Under the pieces are notes generated by a model, which saw only the letters and a list, made by a program, of their open reading frames with translations, was not told the origin of the DNA and did not search any database. From Gemmata obscuriglobus (GTDB taxonomy: Bacteria > Planctomycetota > Planctomycetia > Gemmatales > Gemmataceae), in NCBI RefSeq assembly GCF_008065095.1, contig NZ_CP042911.1:7230001-7262000 (forward strand): DNA of 32,000 nucleotides, read 5' to 3'. The number at the start of each line of letters is the position of its first letter. The stretch's first letter is position 1. Of this stretch, positions 8,197-15,808 are shown in pieces. Position numbers and translations under genes: made by a program.

Positions 8197-9222
8197 GTGG
8201 CCCGCACCCGTTTCGTCGTCGCCGTCCTGCTGGGCGTGGCGGCGGTCAGCTTCGCCGGCGCGCAGGAGCGCAAGTTCGAGATCGGCTTCAAGGGGAAGGA
8301 CGGCAAGCTCACACCGTACTACCAACAGGTCGAAACGAAGGTCACCCAGGTCATCAAGGTGCAGAACCAGGACCTGACCCAGAAGCAGAACAGCACGTTC
8401 TGGTACCAGTGGACCCCGGTCAAAGAAGAGAAGGCGACCGAGGGTAAGGACCAGTTCACCCGCTGGACCGTGAAGCAGAAGATCGAAGGCCTGAAGATGA
8501 ACATCGACATCTCGGGCAACCCGATCAGTTACTCTTCCAAGGAAGAGAACGCCAGCAGCTCCAGCAACCCGGGCCTGGTCGAGTTCTTCAAGGGCCTGAA
8601 GGACAGCGAGTTCACCGCGACGCTCGGCAACAACTACAAGGTCGAGAAGGTCGAGGGCAAGGAAGAGTTCATCAAGAAGCTCGGCTCCGGCAGCCAGCAG
8701 ATGGACGCGCTGCTCAAGAAGGTGCTCACCGAGGACGCGCTCAAGGAAATGGTGGACCCGACCGCCAAGCTGTTCCCGGACGGCGCGAAAAAGGTCGGCG
8801 ACACCTGGGAGAAGAAGACGACCCTGAACCTCGGGCCGATTGGCACCTACGACCTCACCTACAAGTTGAAGTACGCGGCCGTCGAGAAGGAGAAGGACAA
8901 GCTCGAGCTCGAGACCGTGATCAAGTACACCGCCCCGAAGGACAGCCCGGACGGGCTCCTCTTCCGCATCAAGGAAGGCAGCACGCTGGAAAGCGTCCCG
9001 GCCGGCAGCAAGGGCATCATCATCTACGACCCGAAGACCCAGCGCATCGAGTCGGCCGAGATCAACATCAAGCTCGACGGCAAGCTGACGGTGGTGATCG
9101 GCAACACCGACACCAAGGTGGAACTGGACCAGCAGCAGACGACCACCATCACCACGTCGGACACGAGCTACGTCACCGCGAAGCCGACCACCCCGACCAC
9201 CCCGACGCCCCCGGGCAAGTAA
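8197..9222 (+). CDS. Hypothetical secreted protein (341 aa), Lys/Glu/Thr-rich with a Thr/Pro-rich C-terminal tail
   Basis: In-frame GTG at 8197 preceded by AGGAGA (8183-8188). It gives the signal peptide VARTRFVVAVLLGVAAVSFAGAQE. The track start at 8080 is a TTG over-extension. GC3 stays high despite lower overall GC. Confidence 0.75.
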   Translation: MARTRFVVAVLLGVAAVSFAGAQERKFEIGFKGKDGKLTPYYQQVETKVTQVIKVQNQDLTQKQNSTFWYQWTPVKEEKATEGKDQFTRWTVKQKIEGLKMNIDISGNPISYSSKEENASSSSNPGLVEFFKGLKDSEFTATLGNNYKVEKVEGKEEFIKKLGSGSQQMDALLKKVLTEDALKEMVDPTAKLFPDGAKKVGDTWEKKTTLNLGPIGTYDLTYKLKYAAVEKEKDKLELETVIKYTAPKDSPDGLLFRIKEGSTLESVPAGSKGIIIYDPKTQRIESAEINIKLDGKLTVVIGNTDTKVELDQQQTTTITTSDTSYVTAKPTTPTTPTPPGK

Positions 9223-9240
9223 CACGCGGCGGAAGCGTTT

Positions 9241-9328
9241 GATCCGCGGGCGGCCGCAGGGAAACGGCAGGGCGTAAGGCAAGCAACGGCCTTACGCCCT
9301 GCCGTTTCCCTGCGGCCGCCCGCGGATC
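9241..9328. repeat. Perfect 40-bp inverted repeat with an 8-nt loop (palindromic element or very long terminator-like hairpin)
   Basis: Arm 9241-9280 gatccgcgggcggccgcagggaaacggcagggcgtaaggc is the exact reverse complement of 9289-9328, checked base by base. Loop is aagcaacg. It starts 19 nt after the stop at 9222 and ends 40 nt before the ATG at 9368. Confidence 0.9.
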
Positions 9329-9367
9329 GAATCGTTTATCTCCTCCTTCCCAGCCGGGATTATTCTC

Positions 9368-10234
9368 ATGAAAATCGCCGTCCTCGGCGCCGCGGGGCAA
9401 CTCGGGCGCGACCTGTGCCCGCGGCTCGCGGTGTTCGGTGAGGTCGTTCCGCTGTCGCGTGCGGAACTCGATCTGGAGCGCCCCGAGGGCATCCGGGCGG
9501 CGGTCGAGTCGGTCCGGCCGGACGTGTTCGTGAACTGTGCGGCGTACAACCTGGTGGACAAGGCCGAAAGCGCCCCCGAAGCCGCCCGCGCGGTCAATGA
9601 TGCGGGCGTCGAGGCGCTCGCGGCCGCGTGCGCGGGCATTTGGGCCAAACTCGTCCACTTCAGCACCGACTACGTGTTCGGAGCCGACGCGGTACGCTCC
9701 GCTCCCTACACGGAAACCGATGAACCCGGGCCGGTGAGTGCGTACGGCGAGAGCAAGCTCCGCGGCGAACACGCGGCACTGGCGGCGTCGGCGAACAACC
9801 TCGTGATCCGCACCTGCGGGCTGTACGGCGTGTGGGGGAGCGGGGGCAAGGGCGGCAACTTCGTCGAGACGATGCTGCGCGTCGCGGGCCAGGGCAAGCC
9901 GCTGCGTGTCGTGGCCGACCAGCGCTGCACGCCCAGTTACACCGCAGATGTCGCGGACGCGACGGTGGCACTTCTCGGGCGCGGGGCGGGCGGGCTCTTC
10001 CACGTGGTGAACGGCGGCGACTGCACCTGGCACGAGTTCGCGGCCGAGATCTTCCGCCAGTCCGGTCTGGTGCCGGATCTCACCCCGATCACGAGCGCGG
10101 AGTTCGGCGCCGCCGCACGTCGCCCGCCCTACAGCGTGCTTTCCACCGCGAAGCTGGTCGCACACGATGTCCCCGCGCCGCGCCCGTGGACGGAGGCACT
10201 GGCGGCGTACCTGCGCGAGCGCCGCAGCAAGTGA
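9368..10234 (+). CDS. rfbD: dTDP-4-dehydrorhamnose reductase (RmlD/RfbD family, SDR fold)
   Basis: MKIAVLGAAGQLGRDL Rossmann motif, RPDVFVNCAAYNLVDKAE, STDYVFG, and the catalytic YGESK (YxxxK). 288 aa is the typical length. Confidence 0.85.
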   Translation: MKIAVLGAAGQLGRDLCPRLAVFGEVVPLSRAELDLERPEGIRAAVESVRPDVFVNCAAYNLVDKAESAPEAARAVNDAGVEALAAACAGIWAKLVHFSTDYVFGADAVRSAPYTETDEPGPVSAYGESKLRGEHAALAASANNLVIRTCGLYGVWGSGGKGGNFVETMLRVAGQGKPLRVVADQRCTPSYTADVADATVALLGRGAGGLFHVVNGGDCTWHEFAAEIFRQSGLVPDLTPITSAEFGAAARRPPYSVLSTAKLVAHDVPAPRPWTEALAAYLRERRSK

Positions 10235-10576
10235 GCGATACGTGTGGTAGCGCCACACACAAACAGCCACGCAACACATCACAACCGCGCGGGCCGTTGG
10301 CAGAGCGGGCGGGCCGCGATTCACGATCCGGCTGGTTGTGTCTATTTTTTGTGGCAGAGACATTTCTGTCGGTGCGGCACCCGGAGGTTGCACAGGCAGG
10401 AACGCCTGTGCGACAAAGGCATCAGCCCAAAACGGGCACCAGCAACCGGACCGTGAATCAGAACCACGCCGAACAACACGGGCCACGCCGTTGCGCGGCC
10501 GAATCGCTAATTCAGAAAGCAGGTCCGCAATTCCGCACGTTCGCGACTCACACCCTCACTAACACGGGAGCGAGTG

Positions 10577-11503
10577 ATGCTCACCGACCGTCGCCAGTTC
10601 CTCGCCGCGCCCGCGGCCCTTGCCGCCGCCACGAGCGTTTCCGCCCGGGAGCCCGAAGGGCCGAAGCCGCGGCCCATCCGGATCGGGGTCTCGACGTACT
10701 CGTTCTGGCAGTTCAAGAACGACAAGCTCCGCGACATCGAGACGTGCATCGACCTGGCCGGCGAGATGGGGTTCGACGCGGTCGAGGTGCTGCACCGCCA
10801 GATGACCGACGAGAGCGCGGCCGCGATGCAGAAGATCAAGCGCCGGGCGTTCCTCAACGGGATGGGCCTGTGCGGCTTCTCGATCCACCAGGGGTTCGTT
10901 TTCAAGAGCAAGGAGGAGCGGCAGAAGAACGTCGCGCACACGATCAAGTGTTTGGAGATGTGCTACGCGATGGGCATCCCGACCATGCGCGTGAACACCG
11001 GCCGGTGGGGCACCATCAAGAGCTTCGACGAGCTCATGAAGAACCGCGGGATCGAGCCGAACCTGCCCGACGTCGGCGACGACGAGGGGTTCAAGTGGGT
11101 GATCGACGCGCTGACCGAGTGCCTGAAGAGCGCGGAGAAGTGCGGCGTGGTGATGGGGCTCGAGAACCACTGGGGGCTGGGGCGCACGCCGGAGGGGGTG
11201 CTCAAGATCGTGGACGCCGTCGATTCGCCGTGGCTGCGGGTGACGATGGACACCGGCAACTTCCTTGAGGACCCCTACGACAAGCTCGAGAAGCTGGCCC
11301 CGAAGGCGGTGCTGGTGCAGGCCAAGACGTACTTCGGCGGCGGGCTGTGGTACTCGCTGGACCTGGACAACGCGCGGATCGCGCGGATGCTCCGCAAGCA
11401 CAAGTATGCGGGGTTCGTCTCGCTGGAGTTCGAGGGGAAAGAAGACCCGCGCACGGGCGTGCCGAAGAGCCTTGAGGTACTGCGTAAAGCCTTCGCGACG
11501 TGA
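10577..11503 (+). CDS. Tat-signal xylose isomerase-like TIM-barrel protein (sugar phosphate isomerase/epimerase family)
   Basis: Twin-arginine signal MLTDRRQFLAAPAALAAATSVSA. IRIGVSTYSF..., GFDAVEV, GLENHWG and TMDTGN are motifs typical of the AP endonuclease 2 / xylose isomerase-like fold. GGGAG lies 6 nt upstream of ATG 10577 (a GTG at 10574 is also possible). Confidence 0.8.
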   Translation: MLTDRRQFLAAPAALAAATSVSAREPEGPKPRPIRIGVSTYSFWQFKNDKLRDIETCIDLAGEMGFDAVEVLHRQMTDESAAAMQKIKRRAFLNGMGLCGFSIHQGFVFKSKEERQKNVAHTIKCLEMCYAMGIPTMRVNTGRWGTIKSFDELMKNRGIEPNLPDVGDDEGFKWVIDALTECLKSAEKCGVVMGLENHWGLGRTPEGVLKIVDAVDSPWLRVTMDTGNFLEDPYDKLEKLAPKAVLVQAKTYFGGGLWYSLDLDNARIARMLRKHKYAGFVSLEFEGKEDPRTGVPKSLEVLRKAFAT

Positions 11504-11568
11504 CGCCCGGGTCGCGCGTTGTGTGCGCTCACGTGCCGAGTTGTGACGGGTCTGAGCTTTTCTCAGCG

Positions 11569-11609
11569 TTCTGTTTGGCGGGGCAAGCCCCCTGCCCCGC
11601 CAAACAGAA
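11569..11609. terminator. Bidirectional terminator-like hairpin between convergent genes
   Basis: Perfect 17-bp stem ttctgtttggcggggca (11569-11585) / tgccccgccaaacagaa (11593-11609), loop agccccc. It lies between stops at 11503 (+) and 11618 (-). Confidence 0.65.
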
Positions 11610-11617
11610 ATGTGAAA

Positions 11618-13147
11618 TCACATCAGCTTCAGCGCCAGCAGTGCGGCGAGCACGGCAACGGCGACGGCACCGGCACCCAGAAGCACCCAAGGGGCCGCGC
11701 GGCGCGGCGCGGCGCGGCCGGAAACGGCGTCCTCGCGGAACGGGTTCGACGGCGCGAACGGGCCGGACCGCTTCGCGGGCGGGATGGCGTCGGGGCCGGC
11801 GGAGTCGCCCGGGCGTGGGAGGGGCGGTTGCGGGAGCGGGGCCATTGCCGGGCGCGACGGCGGCTTCGGCCGCACCGAGCCGCCCCAAGGCGCGGCCGGC
11901 GTGCCGAACGGGTTCAGCGCCGGCGGCGCGACCGTTACTGTGCTGCCGGACAGCACCGCGGCGGCCTTCACCGGGGTAGCCGGGCCGAGGGTCGCGGAGG
12001 CGTTGAGCGGCGTTTCCGCTACCGCCTCGCTGGCGCCCTCGTCGTCGGGGCTCGCGCCCTCCATCGCAGCCGGGCTCAGCAGCGGCATCTCGTCCGGGGA
12101 CGGCAGCGGCACGGACGCTGGCAGGTACGCGTCCAGTTCGGCGACCACTTGCGCCGGCGTCTGGAACCGCGCCTTCGGGTCCTTCGCCATCATCTTGCCG
12201 ACGATCACGGCCAGCCCCTCGGGCACCTCGGGCCGGATCTGCCGGATCGGGGTCGGGTCCTTGGTCCGGTGCCAGAGGAGCTTCTGCGACACCGTGCCGG
12301 TCGGGAACGGCGGGTGCCCCGCGAGCAAGAAGTAGAGCGTCGCCCCCAGCCCGTAGATGTCGGCCCGGATGTCCACCGAGTGGCTGTTCGCCACCTGCTC
12401 CGGGGCCACGTAGTCGGCGGTCCCGAGTACGATCTTGTCGTCGTACTTGATGGTGAGCTGGTCGGTGTGGTCGTTCAGGAACCGGGCGAGCCCCATGTCG
12501 AGGATGCGGGCCACCCCCTTGCGGTCGACGAGGATGTTGCCGGGCTTGATGTCGCGGTGGATCAGCTTGTTGCGGAACGCGTACTCCAGCCCGTTCGCCA
12601 CCTGCCGCACGTAGCTGACGGCGCGGGCCAGGTCGAGCGGGCCGAACTTCTTGACCACGTCGAGCAGGTTCGGCCCGTCCACGTAGTCCATCACGATGAA
12701 GTGGAGGTTGCCGTCCTGGTCGATGTCGTGGGTGCGGACGATGTTCGGGTGGTCGAGGCTGCCGGCGGCGCGGGCCTCGCGGTAGAACCGCCCGAGGGCG
12801 GCCGGCTGCTCGGCCTTCGCCGGCGGCAGCACCTTGACCGCCACCCGGCGGCGCATGAACATGTGTTCGCACAGGAACACCTGCCCCATGCCGCCCACGC
12901 CCACGCGCTCCAGGAGCTTGAACTTACCGACGGTGAACCCGCGCCATTTGCCGAGCATGAACTGCTCGGACTGGAAGTAGGTGACGATGCCGTCCTGGAC
13001 CAGTTCGTCGGCGAACTCGCGGGGGTCGGCGGGCAGCCCGCGGGTGAGCTGGCGCCGCTGGAGGTAGGTGGTGAGCTTGGTCTCGTCCACCATCCCGCTC
13101 TTGCGGATCAACTGGAGCAGCTCTTCGACCGAGGAGGGTACAGACAT
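11618..13147 (-). CDS. Ser/Thr protein kinase (Hanks type) with a C-terminal transmembrane tail anchor
   Basis: GVGGMGQVF glycine loop, VAVKVL, HRDIKPGNILV, DMGLAR, GTADYVAPE. Pro/Ala-rich linker, then the terminal WVLLGAGAVAVAVLAALLALKLM. GGTGAG lies upstream of ATG 13147. Confidence 0.9.
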   Translation of the reverse strand: MSVPSSVEELLQLIRKSGMVDETKLTTYLQRRQLTRGLPADPREFADELVQDGIVTYFQSEQFMLGKWRGFTVGKFKLLERVGVGGMGQVFLCEHMFMRRRVAVKVLPPAKAEQPAALGRFYREARAAGSLDHPNIVRTHDIDQDGNLHFIVMDYVDGPNLLDVVKKFGPLDLARAVSYVRQVANGLEYAFRNKLIHRDIKPGNILVDRKGVARILDMGLARFLNDHTDQLTIKYDDKIVLGTADYVAPEQVANSHSVDIRADIYGLGATLYFLLAGHPPFPTGTVSQKLLWHRTKDPTPIRQIRPEVPEGLAVIVGKMMAKDPKARFQTPAQVVAELDAYLPASVPLPSPDEMPLLSPAAMEGASPDDEGASEAVAETPLNASATLGPATPVKAAAVLSGSTVTVAPPALNPFGTPAAPWGGSVRPKPPSRPAMAPLPQPPLPRPGDSAGPDAIPPAKRSGPFAPSNPFREDAVSGRAAPRRAAPWVLLGAGAVAVAVLAALLALKLM

Positions 13148-13374
13148 CGCTCACCGTGTCGGGGACGGACCGCGGGCACGCGCCCGGCGCGTCCTCCCGG
13201 GCCGGGCGTGATTTATGCCCAACCCTAGAACAGATTCAGGTGAGACGCAAATCCGCCGGGGTAATGCGGAACTCGGCGTTCGGATTGCGGAACGGGAAAC
13301 AGAAGCTCACCCCACCTCTGTTCCGAAGTCGCTCTCGTCGTCTTTCATTCCGCACTCCGCATTCCGCGTTTCTT

Positions 13375-13980
13375 CTACGCTCGCGCACCGAAGTAGGCGG
13401 CGACCGCGGCGATGATGACGCCCTCCCAAATCTTCAGCACCTCCGGGTTCTTTTCGGTGATCTCGGGGAGCACCAGGAACTGCAGGATCGTTTCCGCGAA
13501 CAGGAGCAGGATCGCGATCGTGCCGACCCAGGCGCGGAGCGTGAGGAACAGCGGGTTGTGGCGGCCGAGCACGGTGCGGAGCACCAGGGCGACACCGAAC
13601 CCGCCCGCCAGGCACCCGAGCAGGAGCGGCCACTGCACCACCTGCGCCGGGCCGGGGGTCAGGCGGGCCGCCGTCAGCGCCGCGTCCTTCCACAGCGCCA
13701 GCCCGACGACCGCCGCGCTCCCGCCCACGAACAGCACCCGCAGCACCCACGGCAAAAGGGCGGACGCGCCCGGGTCGTGGGGCGGGGGCGAGGCGAACGC
13801 CAGGAACACGAGCGTGAGCAAAAAGAAGTGCGCCAGCGGCACGGTGAGCGGGGCGGTCGCGGGCCACAGCAGCACGATCCAGAAGAACGAGCAGATCAGC
13901 ACCGAGATGATCCCGCGGACGGAGCCGGGCGGCAGCCCGAACGTCGGGTACTCTTGCGGGCGCGTGGGTTCGGCGGCCAT
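13375..13980 (-). CDS. Hypothetical integral membrane protein (201 aa, about 5-6 TM)
   Basis: The inner ATG at 13980 (MAAEPTRPQEYPTFGLPPGS...) is preceded by GAGGG. Downstream sequence is strongly hydrophobic. The track start at 14397 adds a non-protein-like extension that overlaps rplM. Confidence 0.65.
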   Translation of the reverse strand: MAAEPTRPQEYPTFGLPPGSVRGIISVLICSFFWIVLLWPATAPLTVPLAHFFLLTLVFLAFASPPPHDPGASALLPWVLRVLFVGGSAAVVGLALWKDAALTAARLTPGPAQVVQWPLLLGCLAGGFGVALVLRTVLGRHNPLFLTLRAWVGTIAILLLFAETILQFLVLPEITEKNPEVLKIWEGVIIAAVAAYFGARA

Positions 13981-14194
13981 GAATCGACCCTCGTGGTGCG
14001 TGTGGTGCGGGGACGGAACGGTACGTCGTTTTCCTACCAAGTGATTCGCGCGCGACCGTTGAACCTTTCCGTTGTGACGGCCTTGACGCCCCCGGCGAGG
14101 GGCGTACCATGATAGTCTTCCGGCGCCGGCGGCGTCGCGTAGTGTGTTTTTGGGCACCCCGGCAACAGACCGCCGGCAGCGGATTGAAATCACA

Positions 14195-14626
14195 ATGTCC
14201 ACAACCCTCGCAAAAGCTTCCACGGTCCAGCAGAACTGGATTCTGATCGACGCCACGGACCTCGTGGTCGGCCGCCTCGCGGTCACGATCTCGAACATCC
14301 TCCGCGGCAAGAACAAGGTCACCTTCACCCCGCACTGCGACACCGGCGATTTCGTCATCGTCGTCAACGCGGAGAAGGTCCAGTTCACCGGCGACAAGTG
14401 GAACCAGAAAGAGTACCAGGACTACTCCCACTACGCCGGCGGCCAGAAGATCACCTCCGCCAAGGAGATGCTCGAGAAGAAGCCGGAAGAGATCATCTTC
14501 CGCGCCGTCAAGCGGATGATGCCCCGCGGCCCGCTCGGCTACAAGCAGCTCTCGAAGCTCAAGATTTTCAAGGGCAACAACCACCTGCACCAGGCGCAGA
14601 ACCCGCAAGAACTCAAGCTGAAGTAA
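14195..14626 (+). CDS. rplM: 50S ribosomal protein L13
   Basis: MSTTLAKASTVQQNWILIDATDLVVGRLAVTISNILRGKNKVTFTPHCDTGDFVIVVNAEK matches the conserved L13 N-terminus. 143 aa. The ATG at 14195 lies inside track ORF 14144..14626. Confidence 0.93.
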   Translation: MSTTLAKASTVQQNWILIDATDLVVGRLAVTISNILRGKNKVTFTPHCDTGDFVIVVNAEKVQFTGDKWNQKEYQDYSHYAGGQKITSAKEMLEKKPEEIIFRAVKRMMPRGPLGYKQLSKLKIFKGNNHLHQAQNPQELKLK

Positions 14627-14735
14627 GTCGGCGTTTCGTGCTTGGTGTTTCGCGCTCGGTCCCCCGGACCCCGACGCACCAACCGCACGAACCCCCGGGC
14701 GCTGAACACTCAACACCAAACACCAAGCACCACTC

Positions 14736-15368
14736 ATGGCCGAGAAGAAGCCGGCGAAGCCCGCCAACAAAACGCACCGCACCTACTACATCGCCACCGG
14801 CCGGCGCAAGACCGCCGTGGCCCGGGTTCGCGTGACCGAGGGTAAGGGCCAAGTGCTCATCAACGGCAAGCCGTTCGACGAGTACTTCCACGAGGACAAG
14901 GACCGCGCCGCCGTCCTCGGGCCGCTCAAGATCACCGACCAACTCACCCGCGTGGACGTGTTCGTCACGGCGAAGGGCGGCGGCATCACCGGCCAGGCCG
15001 GGGCGGTGATGCAGGGCCTGGCTCGCGCGATGAAGACCATGTTCAGCCCGGCCGACGAGCAACGCGAAACGTTCAAGAGCGCCACCGTCACCGTCATCAA
15101 GACGCTGCGTGACCAGAAGAAGGAGCAGGCCAAGGCCAAGGCGATCGCGCCGAAGGCACCGGCTCCCGTCGCGGCGGCCGCCGCCGATGCCGCCACTCCC
15201 CTGATCCCGGGCGCGGCCCCAGCGGCTCCGTCCCCGGCCGACATCGCCGGCGGGATGGTCAAGAAGCTCCGCGACTCGGGCTACCTCACCCGCGACGCCC
15301 GCATGAAGGAACGTAAGAAGTACGGCCTGCGTGGCGCCCGCCGCGGCACCCAGTTCTCGAAGCGCTAA
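14736..15368 (+). CDS. rpsI: 30S ribosomal protein S9, unusually long (210 aa) because of an internal low-complexity insertion
   Basis: ATGRRKTAVARVRV, TAKGGGITGQAGAVMQGLARAM, and the C-terminal GYLTRDARMKERKKYGLRGARRGTQFSKR are canonical S9 blocks. It sits immediately downstream of rplM, as in the conserved operon. Confidence 0.92.
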   Translation: MAEKKPAKPANKTHRTYYIATGRRKTAVARVRVTEGKGQVLINGKPFDEYFHEDKDRAAVLGPLKITDQLTRVDVFVTAKGGGITGQAGAVMQGLARAMKTMFSPADEQRETFKSATVTVIKTLRDQKKEQAKAKAIAPKAPAPVAAAAADAATPLIPGAAPAAPSPADIAGGMVKKLRDSGYLTRDARMKERKKYGLRGARRGTQFSKR

Positions 15369-15403
15369 ACTACACGTGTTTTCTGCTCCAGGGTTTCATC
15401 TCC

Positions 15404-15453
15404 CTGGAAACGAAGCAAGCCGTCCCAAACGGGACGGCTTGCTTCGTTTCCAG
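15404..15453. terminator. Terminator-like hairpin downstream of rpsI
   Basis: Perfect 23-bp stem ctggaaacgaagcaagccgtccc (15404-15426) / gggacggcttgcttcgtttccag (15431-15453), loop aaac. It starts 36 nt after the rpsI stop. No U-tract. Confidence 0.7.
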
Positions 15454-15550
15454 AAATGCTAAACGCCATCGCATCAAGGAACGGGTGAGAAATGAGCGAA
15501 AGGCCGTGGCCGCATTTCTGCCCGGGCGAGCCTCGTGTTCACGAAGGCCG

Positions 15551-15705
15551 ATTTTGGCAGGATCAACAGGATTGACGGGATGAAGACCGGTCGAGTTGCA
15601 ATCCGGCTTATCCGATGCACCGCCAAGACCCGCAGCTCCGCCTAGTACAAGGGATGAAGACCGGTCGATTTGAAATCCTGTTTATCCTGTCGATCCTGTC
15701 AAAAT
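15551..15705. repeat. Composite repeat element: 22-nt terminal inverted repeats flanking two 37-nt direct repeats
   Basis: IR-L attttggcaggatcaacaggat (15551-15572) versus the reverse complement of IR-R atcctgtcgatcctgtcaaaat (15684-15705), 20/22 matches. DR1 15577-15613 and DR2 15651-15687 (gggatgaagaccggtcga...ttatcc), 33/37 identical. Heptamer atcctgt/acaggat is repeated 5 times. GC is locally reduced. Confidence 0.75.
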
Positions 15706-15808
15706 CTCCAGACTAGTTCATCGAGCATGCGTGCCCGCCGTCCTCGCCACGAGCTGGCAACGGATCCCCGAGCGAAGTTCATCCCGTCACGCATTCTACG
15801 GGCGGCTG

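Noticed and set aside
9292-9666. 124-aa minus-strand ORF starting inside the 40-bp palindrome and overlapping rfbD
   Set aside because: It is antisense to a well-supported RmlD gene, and the translation is Ala/Ser/Arg-rich without features.
11519-13228. 569-aa plus-strand ORF antisense to the Ser/Thr kinase
   Set aside because: The kinase frame has all Hanks motifs. The antisense translation is low-complexity Arg/Gly/Val-rich.
14083-14110. Sigma70-like TTGACG-16 nt-TACCAT upstream of rplM
   Set aside because: It is plausible as a promoter, but a single consensus-like match in GC-rich DNA is weak evidence, and I do not know the promoter consensus of this lineage. Not reported as a feature.
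13981-14397. Upstream extension of ORF 13375..14397 overlapping rplM, and the 491-aa ORF 13307..14782
   Set aside because: The extension is non-protein-like and collides with the well-supported rplM gene on the opposite strand. The inner ATG 13980 with an SD gives a coherent membrane protein.
15492-15575. 27-codon ORF (MSERPWPHFCPGEPRVHEGRFWQDQQD) in the rpsI-NPCBM gap
   Set aside because: No convincing SD, poor GC3 bias, and it runs into the inverted repeat. No support for translation from sequence alone.
15577-15687. Two 37-nt direct repeats considered as a mini CRISPR array
   Set aside because: There are only two imperfect copies (33/37), the spacer length (~37 nt) is coincidental, there is no third repeat and there are no cas genes in the window. 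Better described as part of a composite repeat element.
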